Below are positions 14,269 through 28,710 of a stretch of DNA of 64,000 nt, one piece after another. Source of the DNA: Eledone cirrhosa (Eukaryota); NCBI GenBank assembly GCA_964016885.1, contig OZ024740.1:267902001-267966000 (forward strand), in the 5' to 3' direction. Both the position numbers and the translations under genes were made by a program. The notes under the pieces were generated by a model. That model had not been told where the DNA came from and did not search any database. It was given only the letters and a program-made list of their open reading frames with translations. How positions within the stretch are numbered: position 1 is the first letter of the stretch; each line of letters starts with the position of its first letter.

Positions 14269-14299
<31 letters not shown>

Positions 14300-15631
14300 A
14301 TGTGTGTGTGTGTGTGTGTTTCCCATTGTCCTTCAACATATAAATAATGATTTCTAGTATAGGCACAAGGCCAGTAATATTTGGTGAGAGGAAAGTCGAT
14401 TAAATCGACCCAGTACGTTACGGGTGCTTTATTTTATCGACCCCTTAAGGATGAAAGGCAAAGTTAACCTCGGTAGGATTTGAACTCATACCGTAAAGGG
14501 CCGTAACTCTATGCTGCAAAGCATGGTCTTCAATTCACCGCCCTTTTCAACATATAGATAATGCAACAGACTTCAAAAGAATTTCCCGGGGAAAAAAACG
14601 CGTGTCTAACGAGTTTTGATTGAACCGTCTTCGGTACTATGGATAATTCTGATATGCTGCCCTCATCTAAATTTGGAATGTTAATGTGGCCCTTTCAGGC
14701 AAAAAGTTTTGGCACCTCTGGTCTTCGTAGTCATCTGCTCTACTAGAAATAGCAACCAAATTTATCTCAAAACACACGATATTGTGGGAAATTTAGAAAA
14801 GAAAAACAAAGGGACACATTGGATGATACAGTCTGCGATACACTATATCTGAAAAGCTAGTATAGATAAAGCTAGTATAGATAAAGCTAGTATAGCTAAA
14901 GTGCCTTTGATTATTGGTCTGTTTTATCAGGGAACATCTAGGGGCCAAATATCAATAACAATAACATCAACAACAAAAAGAGAGATATAAGCAGATGGTG
15001 TTTAATTTCGTAACATTAACACATTCAATCATTGCTCTAATCCAAAGCCACACCTGTCCAAATGTTTTATTTTTATGTACAATATCCTACCATTTTTAAT
15101 ACTGATTCATAATATAGTGATAAGGTCTATGACAGGCGAAACCAGAAAATAACGGGATGAATAATATTTTGAACTGGGGAGGACAGGAATTCACCCAGGG
15201 CTAAACAACAACGATAATACATACATATACAGTCTAATATTGAAATCCAAACTATATACATATATAAGGTAAAATTGGACCTACGCCGGATTCTGACAAT
15301 GCATGTTCAAATTTCTTCATTAACGGAATGGTCAACTCGTGAAATTAGGGTGTAAGTGATTAACAGAAGCCAGGCTTGTATATCCTTGACTGAATTCTCC
15401 GTAAATTTCAGCATTACACGGTGTGACAAGGCTGGCCTTTTGTTTTACATGTAAACGTCAGTCGACATTCTTCTAAACACATTTTGTTAACCCCAAATTT
15501 GTCCAGAATACTTGGGTTGACATGAAACTATAGAAACAAGACTTGTGCAAGATACTACGTGGTGGGTTCGAACCCAATACTTGATGATTATAAAGCAAAT
15601 AGTTTATCCATTTGGCCACGCCTGCGTCTTT

Positions 15632-15721
<90 letters not shown>

Positions 15722-15987
15722 GCACGGTGTGCTACCTCTCTGTTTCCGCGCATGAAACTACACGTAGATGATATTAGGAAACCTGAGATGACAGAAGATA
15801 ATTGACAATAGTATCACATATTGGGATCGCTTAGTTTCAAAGCAAACAGTTTAATCACAGGGCGTGGCGAAAATGTGTTCTTGTGGCTTTTATGACATTA
15901 CTCAAGGGCTATGCATTAACGACATAAATAGGACGAGAATCGTTAACGATTGTTGTTGCAGATTTGTTGCAGTTGTTGTTGTTGTTT

Positions 15988-16032
<45 letters not shown>

Positions 16033-17075
16033 ACATTGTTGTTTAGCCCCAGGTCAACCATAATCGAGCATACTTATAATGAAATGCATTTCAGTTGTAA
16101 TGATTTGGTATTTCTTCCAGATACAGCGGCTCTTACACCACACTATCCAGCGTGCCCCACCTTTTGTAATAATACGGATTTTGAATGTTTGAAGTAAAAA
16201 TAGACGGGTTAAGCGAGAATGGTTTTGATCACAGAAAGAATTGCTCGATCAAATCTGACCTGGAGCTAAACAAAAACAGTTATTTATCTCAATGAGGCAC
16301 GTATTATACATTGTTTTCTTGTGAACACGCAGGGGGAAGATCTCTTTCTGAAATGATGGCATGCGTTAGAGCAACAAAAAGGAGGGTTGCGAGAAGTTTT
16401 GCACTAGCTGTCTATTGATAAGCTGAGACACAAAACACCTCGTTGTATCTAATTAACTTTTTTTTTATGTTCTTAGATCAAACTTCGCCAGGATCAATAT
16501 TTGCATTTCATCTTTTCGGGATCGATAAAGTAAATAGCACTCAAGTAGTACGGAAAATGATTAACAGACTATAAAATTCATTTAAATCTGTATTTAGTAA
16601 TAGTGAACTCGGTGGATGCGGAAATGAACAAACAAAGAAATAAACAAGAACACTAGAGAACAGTTTCATTTTCTTATTTGAAAGGTATTGATGATGGGTC
16701 AGTGTCCATGTGTGTCATAGGCCCCAGAAACTGATGAAATTGATTCCATTAATGTTCCGATAAACTGTTGCAAGTCGACGACCTCAGGGAAGATACGAGC
16801 TGACATGGAATTCCAGAAAGCCAACGTTCTTTTGGAAATGACCAGCTGTAGTATTTCGAGTAAAGTGTGAGGTAGTGAAATGAGTGAGATGAGAGAGTTT
16901 GAGTGGAGATGGTACGAGACCAGAAAACATTTTTGTACCAGAAGAAAAATCAGAGAGAAGAGACAGCATAAGAGTCTCGGCTGAAAGGTTCATAGGCTAA
17001 CCAAGATACTTTCATGGAATGACCAAATGAGGTTTATTTTTCAACATAGTCCCTGGAAAGAAACAATGCAAAAGA

Positions 17076-17530
17076 GGATGATTCCGATCTACATTTAGAG
17101 GATGCAGCGGCATGCAGAGCTCTGGTGATACCCGGGGAAAATCTTGATTGTATGCCCCAAAGATTCAAGTATAAAGCCTAATATACTGAGAAATATTATG
17201 AGAAAGGAAAATATTTAGAATATATAAACACAGATGAAACATGAAATAAACGCTTTATTCGATTTTAATATAAATCGATCAAATTTTTTAATTTCTTTTC
17301 CCCAAATGATGCCCACATCCAAAGGAGGCCCGGGGCCAACGCACCGTCGTCTTCACCACTGACGTTACTGGATGTTAATTCGAAGTGTGTCGTCGATCTC
17401 CTGAATGTTCCCAAAGTGTTCTTAAGAGTATGAACAAAAGAAGAGATACTGAAAAGCATGCATTAGACTAATTAAAACTTTTTTCTCCTCTTAAGATATG
17501 CAAACATTTTTATAACATTTACACATTTAC

Positions 17531-17578
<48 letters not shown>

Positions 17579-19348
17579 CGTGTGTGTCCTTTTGCAATAT
17601 CACAATGTCAAATACTACAGTTAATACAAACCATTGAGAGATACGTAATAAAAGACCGATACTTTTCAAAAGATTGGTTACTATAACGATTTCACGGATG
17701 CGTATTTCAGACACATAGGCCAGTTAAGGAAGAATACATCGATCGTTTATTTTTTTTCTTTATTTTTTTTGTTGTTGTTTTTTGTTCTTTTTTTTTTACT
17801 GTTTCTTCTTCACATTTGAAAAGAGGGTGTTAACCCCGAAATATCACGTTGAAATATACTGGGTAAAACATTACTTAGTTTTATCTTATTTGTCATCCTT
17901 TGCCTTTTATATACACCTGCTATCGCATTATACCCGCTTTTTGAAATTTATCGGTCTTTTATCACAATATCGTTTTTATTGACAAGAATATAATTTGTCT
18001 TTCTGTTTGGAATATCCCAAATACATTTAATACAGCTTGGCTCGAGCTACTGCGGACGACAAGCCATGTTGACAGTTCTTTCAGCTGGCCCTAAAAAAGA
18101 ACAAAATCTCCAGAAGAGATTTGAACGTAGAAATAAAACTTGCATGCACTAATTTTTAACTCTTATTATTAATATATGAAGAGTCCTGCACCCCAGTAAA
18201 TTTACTGAAAGGTGGGTGAATGAAGCGAAAATGGCCCGAGTGATTGGGCCTTCTCTGTTTATAAGCCTGTAGGTTGAGGAAGAGAGCAAAAGGAAGAAAG
18301 GAGCACTTGCACAACACGCTCCTCGAGTTGAGGGTTGTTCTATCGACGGGGTATTAAACAACCCATTTGTGGCGCCTCCCCCCTATTGGGGATTTCGATT
18401 GTTGAAATTGTTTGTTTGTTTTTATATTTTTTTACACGACTGTATGTAAAATCCCCGGCATGTCTTTGTATTGTCCCCTTTCTTGTTGCGCCCTTGTGGC
18501 TAATAAAGTAATCAATATAATATGAAGAGTTAAAAATTAGTGCATGCAAGTTTTCACAGGTCTAACACCACTCCTTCATAATCAGCCTATGCATTTTTCA
18601 ACCCACCCTCGTATTTGTGGGTCAGAGGCTGGAGCATGTCTGTTAATGACATTATGCTAGAGAGTTGAGTGTCTTTTTTTCTGGTCGTGGTTTAAGATGC
18701 CTTTGTATATAACAACGGCACTATATCTATGTGGGAGCAGTACTCCATTTTAAATCTATTTAGCTTTTGTTTTATTTCTACGTTCAAATCTCTTCTGGAG
18801 ATTTTGTTCTTTTTTAGGGCCAGCTGAAAGAACTGTCAACATGGCTTGTCGTCCGCAGTAGCTCGTGCCAAGCTGTATTAAATGTATTTGGGATATTCCA
18901 AACAGAAAGACAAATTATATTCTTGTCAATAAAAACGATATTGTGATAAAATACCGATACATTTCAAAAAGCGGGTATAATGCGGTAGCAGGTGTATATA
19001 AAAGGCAAAGGATGACAAATAAGATAAAACTAAGTAATGTTTTACCCAGTATATTTCAACGTGATATTTCGGGGTTAACACCCTCTTTTCAAATGTGAAG
19101 AAGAAACAGTAAAAAAAGAGAACAAAAAACAACAACAAAAAAGAAAGAAAAAAACAAACGATCGATGTATTCTTCCTTAACTGGCCTATGTGTCTGAAAT
19201 ACGCATGCGTGAAATCGTTATAGTAACCAATCTTTTGAAAAGTATCGGTCTTTTATTACGTATCTCTCAATGGTTTGTATTAACTGTAGTATTTGACATT
19301 GTGATATTGCAAAAGGATACACACACACACACACACACGCACACACGC

Positions 19349-19379
<31 letters not shown>

Positions 19380-19418
19380 TACATACATACATACATACAT
19401 ACATACATACATACATAG

Positions 19419-19461
<43 letters not shown>

Positions 19462-19918
19462 GTAAATGTGTAAATGTTATAAAAATGTTTGCATATCTTA
19501 AGAGGAGAAAAAAGTTTTAATTAGTCTAATGCATGCTTTTCAGTATCTCTTCTTTTGTTCATACTCTTTAGAACACTTTGGGAAAATTCAGGAGATCGAC
19601 GACACACTTCGAACTAACATCCAGTAGCGTCAGTGGTGAGGGCGACGGTGCGTTGGCCCGGGCCTCCTTTGGATGTGGGCATCATTTGGGGAAAAGAAAT
19701 TAAAAAATTTGATTGATTTATATTAAAATCGAATAAAGCATTTATTTCATGTTTCATCTGTGTTTATATATTCTAAATATTTTCCTTTCTCATAATATTT
19801 CTCTGTATATTAGGCTTTATACTTGAATCTTTGGGGCATACAATCAAGATTTTCCCCGGGTATCACCAGAGCTCTCCACTTCGCTGCATCCTCTAAATGT
19901 AGCTCGGAATCATCCCCT
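17076..19918. repeat. ~1.1-kb inverted duplication (17076-18135 vs 18768-19918)
   Basis: Arms are reverse complements with scattered substitutions and different microsatellite lengths. Confidence 0.9.
18185..18510 (+). mobile_element. Tx1-like LINE 3' fragment
   Basis: LHPSKFTERWVNEAKMARV + 3' UTR. Flanked on both sides by ATATGAAGAGT. Confidence 0.85.
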
Positions 19919-20596
19919 ACATGTAGCCAGTAATATAAAAGGGGTAGGCTGAAATGTTAATAGGCTGAACAAAATACTCTCGTGGAATGACAAAATAAGG
20001 TTTATTTTTCAACATAGTCCCTTGAAAGAAACAATGCTGTTATTAATAAGAAGAGTTGAAAATAATTCCTGCAAGATTTCACAGCTCTAGCATAACTCCT
20101 TCATAGTCAGCCTATGAACTTTTCAGCCGAATTTCGTAGATACGCTTTCTCTCCTGAGCGCTGGACACCATGCTTTGCAGCATAGAGTTATGACCCTTTA
20201 AGGTCCGAGTTCAAATCCCGCCGAGGCTAGCTTTGCCTTTAATCCTTAAGAGGTCGATAAAATAAAGTACCAGTAATGCACTGAGGTCCATATAATCGAC
20301 TTTTCCCTCACTCCAAATTGCTGACCTTGTGCCTATAGTAGAAACCATTATTGAAAGGATGGGAAATTTGATGCTGTTTGAGCTATTTGTATTAGCTTGT
20401 ACATTATATAAGTGTTTCTGATTTATTCACAAGGGTAACAGGAAAAAGATCGATTAAGTCGACTCCAGTGCGTTACTGGTAATTTATTTTATCGATCCCC
20501 CTGTGGATGAAAGGCAAAGCTAGCCTCGGCGAGATTTGAATTCGGGTCGTAAAGGGCCACAACTCTATGCTGCAAAACATGGTGTCCAACGCTCAG

Positions 20597-20628
<32 letters not shown>

Positions 20629-20969
20629 CGTATCTACGAAGGTCGGCTGAAAAGTTCATAGGCTGACTATGAAGGAGTTATACTAGAGCAGTAGGATTTG
20701 AAATCAGAACGTAAAAGGCCGTAACGTTATGCCGCAAAGCATGTTGCCTGACACTCTACCGATTCTGGCAAACCACCACCCTCAATCTCCAGCTTGTATA
20801 TTATAATAAACACTTTATTCCTTCATTTTCAATTTTTCCTTCTTGTGATGATTTATGATCAAACAAACATTATCCCTCAGATATTCCAAATTCAGCTTGA
20901 CTCTAGTAACATTAACTCTATGGTCAAAAAATTCGACCAGTCACAATTCTGGGGTCCGTTATTAGATAA

Positions 20970-22283
20970 CGATCTGAGTTCAAATCCCGCCGAGGTTGAC
21001 TTTGCCTTTCATCCTTACGGGGTCGATAAAATAAAGTACCAGTTATACACTGGTTAATTGCTGTCCTTGTGCCTAAAGTAGAAACAGTTATTAGATACCG
21101 TGTGGGCGGTGGTTTGGAAGTATCGGTAGAGAGTCAGGTATGCTTTGCAGCATAGAGTTACGGCCCTTTATGGTCTGAGTTCAAATCCTGCCGAGGTTAA
21201 CTTTACCTTTCAACCTTACGGGGTCGATAAAATAAAGTACCAGTAATACACTGGGATAATTGCTGGCCTTGTGTCAAAAAGTATAAACAATTATTAGGTA
21301 AGGTGGATTGGCAGTATCTGTGGAGGGTCGAACGCCATGATTTGCAGCATAGAGTTACGGCTCTTTACGGTCTGAGTTCAAATCCCGCCGAGGTTAACTT
21401 TGCCTTTCATCCTTACGGGGTCGATAAAATAAAGTACCAGTAATACACTTGGATAATTGCTGGCCTTGTGTCAAAAAGTATAAACAATTATTAGATAAGG
21501 TGGATTGGCAGTATCTGTGGAGGGTCGAACGCCATGATTTGCAGCATAGAGTTACGGCTCTTTACGGTCTGAGTTCAAATCCCGCCGAGGTTAACTTTGC
21601 CTTTCATCCTTACGGGGTCGATAAAATAAAGTACCAGTAATACACTTGGATAATTGCTGGCCTTGTGTCAAAAAGTATAAACAATTATTAGATAAGGTGG
21701 ATTGGCAGTATCTGTGGAGGGTCGAACGCCATGATTTGCAGCATAGAGTTACGGCTCTTTACGGTCTGAGTTCAAATCCCGCCGAGGTTGACTTTGCCTT
21801 TCATCCTTACGGGGTCGATAAAATAAAGTACCAGTTATACACTGGTTAATTGCTGGCCTTGTGCCTAAAGTAGAAACAGTTATTAGATACCGTGTGGGCG
21901 GTGGTTTGGAAGTATCGGTAGAGAGTCAGGTATGCTTTGCAGCATAGAGTTACGGCCCTTTATGGTCTGAGTTCAAATCCTGCCGAGGTTAACTATACCT
22001 TTCATCCTTACGGGGTCGATAAAATAAAGTACCAGTAATACACTGGGATAATTGCTGGCCTTGTGCCAAAAGTAGAAACGATTATTAGGTAAGGTGGATT
22101 GGCAGTATCTGTGGAGGGTCGAACGCCATGATTTGCAGCATAGAGTTGCGGCTCTTTACGGTCTGAGTTCAAATCCCGCCGAGGTTAACTTTGCCTTTCA
22201 TCCTTACGGGGTCGATAAAATATAGTACCAGTAATACACTGGGATAATTGCTGGCCTTGTGTCAAAAAGTATAAACAATTATT
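20970..22283 (+). repeat. Head-to-tail array of ~6.6 SINE family 1 units (~197 bp)
   Basis: Core recurs at ~21005, 21205, 21403, 21600, 21797, 21998 and 22194. Confidence 0.93.
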
Positions 22284-22369
22284 AGATACCGTGCATGCTT
22301 TAACTCGATTTAAGCATGCACGGTATGTTTTTCTACACAAATTGGTGGCCTTTCACGTTGTGTACGTGT

Positions 22370-22522
22370 ATGTGTACGTGTAAGTGTGTGAGTATGAATG
22401 TGTGCGTGTTTGAATGTGTACGTGTGAGTGTATGTGTGTGTGTGAGTATGAATGTGTGTGTGTATGAATGTGTGTGTGTAAGTGAGTATATGTGCATGTT
22501 TATGTATGTGTGCATAAGTGTG

Positions 22523-22556
<34 letters not shown>

Positions 22557-23042
22557 TGTATGTATGTATGTATGTATGTATGTATATGTGTTCATGTATG
22601 TGTATGTATGTGTGTGTGTGTATGTATGTGCATGTGCGCATGTGTGTGTGTATGTGTATGTGTGTATGTATGTGTATGTGTGTATATGTGTGTGTATGTG
22701 TGCGAATATATGTATGTGTGCATATGTGTGTATGCGTATGTGTGCGTATATGTGTATGTATGCATATGTCATGTGGGCATATGTGTGTATGCGTGCGAAT
22801 ATGTGTATGTGTGCATATGTGTGTATGTGTGTGCGTATGTGTGCGAATATGTGTATGTGTGCGAATATGTGTATGTGTGCATATGTGTGTGTATGTGTGC
22901 AAATATGTGTATGTGTGCATATGTATGTATGTGTATGTACGTGTGCGAATATGCGTATGTGTGCATATGTGTGTATGTGTGCGAATATGTGTGTACATGT
23001 GTGTATGTATGTGTATGTGTGCATATGTATGCATGTGTGCAA

Positions 23043-23073
<31 letters not shown>

Positions 23074-24475
23074 TGTGTGTATGTATATGTGTGCATGTAT
23101 GTGTATGTGTGCATGTGTGTGTATGTGTATGTGTGCGAATATGTTTCTGTGTGCTTATGTGTGTATGTGTGCAAATATGTGTATGTATGTATATGTGTAT
23201 GTGTGGGAATATGTGTATGTATGTATGTGTGCGAATATGTGTGCGTGCATATGTGTGCAAATGTGTGTGTGTGTGCATATGTGTGTATGTGTGTATGTGT
23301 ATGTATGTGTGCGAATATGTATGTATGTATGTATATGTGTGCATGTATGTGTATGTGTGCATGTGTGTGTGTGTGTATGTATGTGTATGTGTGCGAATAT
23401 GTCTATGTGTGTATGTATGTGTATGTGTGCAAATATGTGTTTGTGTGCAAATGTGTGTATGTATGTGTATGTGTGCGAATATGTCTATGTGTGCTTATGT
23501 GTGTATGTATGTGTATGTGTGTAAATATGTGTATGTATGTATTTATATATGTGTATGTATGTGTATGTGTGCGAATATGTGTATGTGTGCTTATGTGTGT
23601 ATGTATGTGTATGTGTGTAAATATGCGTATGTATGTATATATGTGTGTATGTATGTGTATGTGTGCGAATATGTGTAGGTGTGCTTATGTGTGTATGTAT
23701 GTGTATGTGTGTAAATATGTGTATGTATGTATATGTGTGTATGTATGTGTATGTGTGCGAATATGTGTATGTGTGCTTATGTGTGTATGTATGTGTATGT
23801 GTGTAAATATGTGTATGTGTGCGAATATGTGTATGTATGTATATATGTGTATGTATGTGTATGTGTGCGAATATGTGTATGTGTGTATGTGTATGTGCGA
23901 ATATGTGTATGTGTGTATGTATGTGTATGTGTGTAAATATGTGTATGTATGTATGTATATATGTGTATGTATGTGTATGTGTGTAAATATGTGTATGTAT
24001 GTGTATGTGTGCTTATGTGTGTATGTGTATGTGTGTAAATATGTGTATGTATGTATGTATATATGTGTATGTATGTGTATGTGTGCTTATGTGTGTATGT
24101 ATGTGTATGTGTGTAAATATGTGTATGTATGTGTGTATGTATGTGTATGTGTGTAAATATGTGTATGTATGTATGTATATATGTGTATGTATGTGTATGT
24201 GTGTAAATATGTGTATGTATGTGTATGTGTGCTTATGTGTGTATGTGTATGTGTGTAAATATGTGTATGTATGTATATATGTGTATGTATGTGTATGTGT
24301 GCTTATGTGTGTATGTATGTGTATGTGTGTAAATATGTGTATGTATGTGTATGTGTGCGAATATGTGTATGTGTGCTTATGTGTGTATGTGTATGTGTGT
24401 AAATATGTGTATGTATGTGTGTATGTATGTGTATGTGTGTAAATATGTGTTTGTATGTGTATGTGTGCGAATACG
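22370..24475. repeat. Complex (TG)/(TATG)-derived minisatellite
   Basis: Recurrent GCGAATATGTGTATGT / GTAAATATGTGTATGT / GCTTATGTGTGTATGT modules. Confidence 0.9.
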
Positions 24476-24669
24476 TGTGAAAGATAGAGATTGGGCGGGG
24501 ATAATTTATTACAAGACGCTAGAATGGGAGACAAATGGAAAGACTTACAGTATTAAGTTTAGTCGAAAGTTCAAATCTTGCTGTACTTCGGTCGATTACA
24601 GCCACTGAATGCCTCCCGTCACAAAGTTTGGCGCCTGGCGCCAGCCTGAGTAAAATAAAACCATTCAAC

Positions 24670-24714
24670 AGTAGTAGTGGTAGTAGTGGTGGTGGTGGTA
24701 GTGACGGTAATAGC

Positions 24715-24762
<48 letters not shown>

Positions 24763-24794
24763 GATGGTAGTAGTAGTAGTAGTAGTGGTGGTGT

Positions 24795-24826
<32 letters not shown>

Positions 24827-24829
24827 ATG

Positions 24830-24881
<52 letters not shown>

Positions 24882-24882
24882 C

Positions 24883-24928
<46 letters not shown>

Positions 24929-25027
24929 ATACTAGTAGTAGTAGTAGTAGTAAGAGTAGTGGTGGTGTTGGTGTTGGTGTTGGTGGTGGTAGTAGTAGTA
25001 GTAGTAGCAGCAGCAGTGTTAGTAGTT
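24670..25027. repeat. Trinucleotide microsatellite field (AGT/GGT)n; similar fields at 27696-28020, 29808-30268, 38160-38655 and 39410-39590
   Basis: Direct inspection. Confidence 0.95.
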
Positions 25028-25406
25028 TAAGTTATGTAAATCTCTGACCACCATTGCATCAAACGAGAAAGAGTATCTAACGCCCGTTTGATCGTTCAAG
25101 TTGCTATAGAAATAGCAGCCAAACCACCCTCAAATAACATCCTACTGCCATACACAAATAAATAAATTTAAAAAAAATCTCTACCCAGGACCAAATGATC
25201 GTGGCTGGAACGCCTATGATTATAGGTCTATTTCGTCAGGTGACCTGAGGCTAAACAACAACAAAAACAAGAAGAAGAAGAAGAAGAAGAAGAAGAAGAA
25301 GAAGAAGAAGAAGAAGAAGAAGAAGAAGAAGAAGAAGAAGAAAAAGACGAGGAAAAAGAAGAAGACCTCTTTCACACACGCACACATAAATACACACAAA
25401 CACACA

Positions 25407-25472
<66 letters not shown>

Positions 25473-26221
25473 GAGATAACAACAACAATATCAGCATTAT
25501 TTCAATACTAAAGGCTACTCTTTCAACAAAAAAAGAAGCCTAGATCTCTCAAAACGTAGAAATCAACGTGACGAGATAAAAGAGAAACTTAGGTCCTATA
25601 AATCTATAAATACTGCATTAGTGAAACCTTAGTACCTCCAAACTACTCATATTTATACCATGCTTAATAACTCTACGCTCTCTTCATTGAGGTTTTGTTA
25701 ATTTTCTTTTCTGTATTTAGCTTATTTTTACCTCAACCTCACCTGTAGAAATACTTAGTTTCGGTCACGTGTGAGATAAGAGAATTTTATTTATTTATTT
25801 ATTTATTCATTTATTTATAGTTTCTTCGTTCTCTCATCATCCTGTTCGTAATTTATCTTACTCTTACAATGTCGGCTGGTGTGAAAGCCCCGCCGCCGCC
25901 GACTGCCTGCCAGTTCGATCAGCCGGCCGGCCGGCCGGTCTTCTCTTAGCCTCCCACAACTACTGTTCTCTTCACTTTATAAATAAAGTCTGCTTCTACT
26001 TGATTATTTTTTTTAATGTATCCACAGCAGAGCATGGATAATCGAAAATACAAAGTATATTATCATGACAAACACGTTACTGGTTCACATACCACCACCG
26101 GCAGGCCCATGCGCAACTATAAGATCTGCGAGGTCGACAGAAAAGTTCATAGGCTGAACAAGATACTCTCATGGAATGACCAAATGAGGTTTATTTTTCA
26201 ACATAGTCTCTGTTGAAATTA

Positions 26222-26388
26222 ATAATTGTTTCTACTTTAGGCACAAGGCCAGCAATTACTCAGTGCATTACTGGTACTTTATTTTATCGACCCCCGTAAG
26301 GATGAAAGGCAAAGTCAACCTCGGCGGGATTTGAACTCAGATCGTAAAGGGACATAACTATGCTGGAAAGCATGACGTCCGACCCTCT
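26222..26388 (-). mobile_element. SINE family 1 (5'-truncated) inside a mariner MITE
   Basis: SINE core. TGAAATTAATAA duplicated at both ends. Confidence 0.88.
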
Positions 26389-26767
26389 GAAATTAATAAT
26401 GCAAGATTTTACAGTTGAAATTAATAATGCAAGATTTTACAGTTGAAATTAATAATGCAAGATTTTACAGTTGAAATTAATAATGCAAGATTTTACAGAT
26501 CTAACATCATTCCTTCATAGTCTGCCTATGAACCTTTCAGCCGACACTCGTAGGCTTCAAACGCTGGTAATAGGCGCTGGATAGACGCACAAATAAGTCC
26601 CATTTCGCACTATTTATCCTGTATTTTAGTAGGTAGTAAATGGAGCTTCGTCGGTTTTCATAATGAGTGTCCCAGTTATTCGATCTACAGAACAACCTAC
26701 TGGTTAAATTAACAGGCACTTCATGATTGGGAAGTGAACTTCTTCAACATGTTACGTTGAAGTATTT

Positions 26768-26967
26768 TAGGAGGGTTGACTGAAAGGTTCATAAGCTGAC
26801 CAAGATACTCTGAAGAAATGACCAAATGAGGTTTATTCTTTAACAGTCCCTGAAAAAAATCAATGTAATTATTAATGATAAAAGTTGGAATTAATGAATG
26901 TAAGATTTCACAACTCTAGAATCACTCCTTCATAGTCTGCCTATTAACTTTCCAGCCGACCCACGTA
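26768..26967. mobile_element. Mariner-like MITE, uninterrupted copy
   Basis: GAGGGTTGACTGAAAGGTTCATAAGCTGAC ... GTCTGCCTATTAACTTTCCAGCCGACCCACGTA. Confidence 0.78.
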
Positions 26968-28710
26968 ACAGCTGATGCAAATAGCTCAAACAGCATCAAA
27001 TTTCACATCCTTTAAAATTTCGTAACTAGAAAAATCAAAGATATTTTACCCTTTTATAACCCCTGTCCAACTCCGGCTGTTTCCATGACAACAGGGTAAT
27101 TTTAAAAAAAAATCTGTTATGTAAGCATTTAACTGGGTAAATTGTAGAGGAAGTCACCAAATTTCAGAGAAAAACCTGCTTCCTTTCAAAAGTTTTGCCT
27201 AAACACACACACACACACACAGATACAAGGAAGAGCTCAGAGAGCACCCACCACAGGCATAATGGGATTAAATAATCCAAATCAACTGAATGGAGATAAA
27301 AAATAACCCCAGTGTTATAAGCAGTGACAACATTGTAGAATTAACGAGCGTTTTGACAATTTCCGGTGTCAGCGGATTCAAATCCGCCAGTGTCTGCACG
27401 GGGAGACTCGTCTTCATAGAGATAGCAGCCAAAGCTCCTTCAAATCATAAGGCGAGGATATATTGGACAATGTAATTTTAGATATACTAAGTGTGAAAAC
27501 TAGATGGTGTGGTTACGTAAATGAGCTAATAAGGGAGCTAAACAACAACGACAACAACAACACCTACAGCATCTATGAGATTAGGGAAGCCACGGCAATA
27601 TTGATCTCAGAAAAGAGTTTGTCCAGTTGTGAAGTTTCACTCAGCCATCGATTCTGTACAGTAGTTCTGTTTATGGGCTACATTAATACTACTATTTCTT
27701 CTTCTTCTTCTTCTTCTTCTTCTTCTTCTTCTTCTTCTTCTTCTTCTTCTTCTTCTTCTTCTTCTTCTTCTTCTCCTCCTCCTCATCATCATCCCTCCTC
27801 ATCATCCCGCCTCCTCCTCCTTCCCCCTCCCCCTCCTCCTCATCCTCCTCCTCCACCGCCTCCTCGTCCCCCCTCCCCTCCCCTCCTCCTCATCATCATC
27901 ATCCCTCCTCATCATCCCTCCTCCTCCTCCTCCCCTCCTCCTCCTCCTCCTCCTCCTTCTTCTTCTTCTTCTTCTTCTTCTTCTTCTTCTTCTTCTTCTT
28001 CTTCTTCTTCTTCTTCTTCTTTATGTGAGGGTCATAGAATCGGGGCCAAAATCCTCAAAAAACACGCTTTCCAGTGGGTCCTGTCATTGTCAGAAGCAAC
28101 CGTCACCAATTGATCCGGCTGAGTCCCCCAAGCGAGACCAACCAACGACTGGACTTAATGGCTAAATTCATCGTATACGGTCATCGACGTCCTCAAGTAA
28201 GTGTGAATATCACTATCGACTACGAAGGACTGAAGGAAATGTGGTGAGGGCAGAGTGTGTGTGTGTGTGAGCTATAGCTCTAGTTTATTAATTTTCTTGG
28301 TGATTAATATTTTCAACTCTGACACAGTCCTTACGTGGACACTCGACCTCCTAGAGATAGCAACCAAATCTCCTTCAAATCCTAAGGTGGGGATATATTG
28401 GACAATCTAATTTTAGATACATTAAGTGTGAAAACATGACGGTGTGGTCACCAATTGATCATAATGACTAAATCCATTGGATACGGTTGTCCTCGCCCTC
28501 AAGTAAATGTGGATATCTTAATCGATCACTCTCGGGTCTCCAATAATTGCCACACATCCCACCCCAACTTATTAAATTGTGCTAATCTATCTCCGGCGAA
28601 ATTTGATTTTAAGTGGTAGAACTCCTGCGATAATTAATTTCCTTTAGACATTAAAAAACATTATACATGACAAAAAAAGTACAATACAAGAAATCCCATA
28701 CGTTATAAAA

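Noticed and set aside
17122-17150. CTGGTGA..GAAA hammerhead-like string
   Set aside because: No UH cleavage site in register and no stem I.
19540-19627. Possible short terminal exon after a polypyrimidine-AG (HFGKIQEIDDTLRTNIQ*)
   Set aside because: No recognisable homology, it lies within the inverted duplication, and no partner exons were found.
20970-22283. Regular repeats resembling a CRISPR array
   Set aside because: Units are whole ~197-bp SINEs with no unique spacers, there are no cas genes, and the context is eukaryotic.
22316-24534. Long ORFs (up to 554 aa) of C/V/M/Y or H/T/I repeats
   Set aside because: Translation of a TG/TATG minisatellite with no protein-like complexity. The same applies to the many YIYI, HTHT, poly-S and poly-V ORFs.
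25870-26070. TGTC...GACA segment with AATAAA, solo-LTR-like
   Set aside because: No matching TSD, PBS or second copy.
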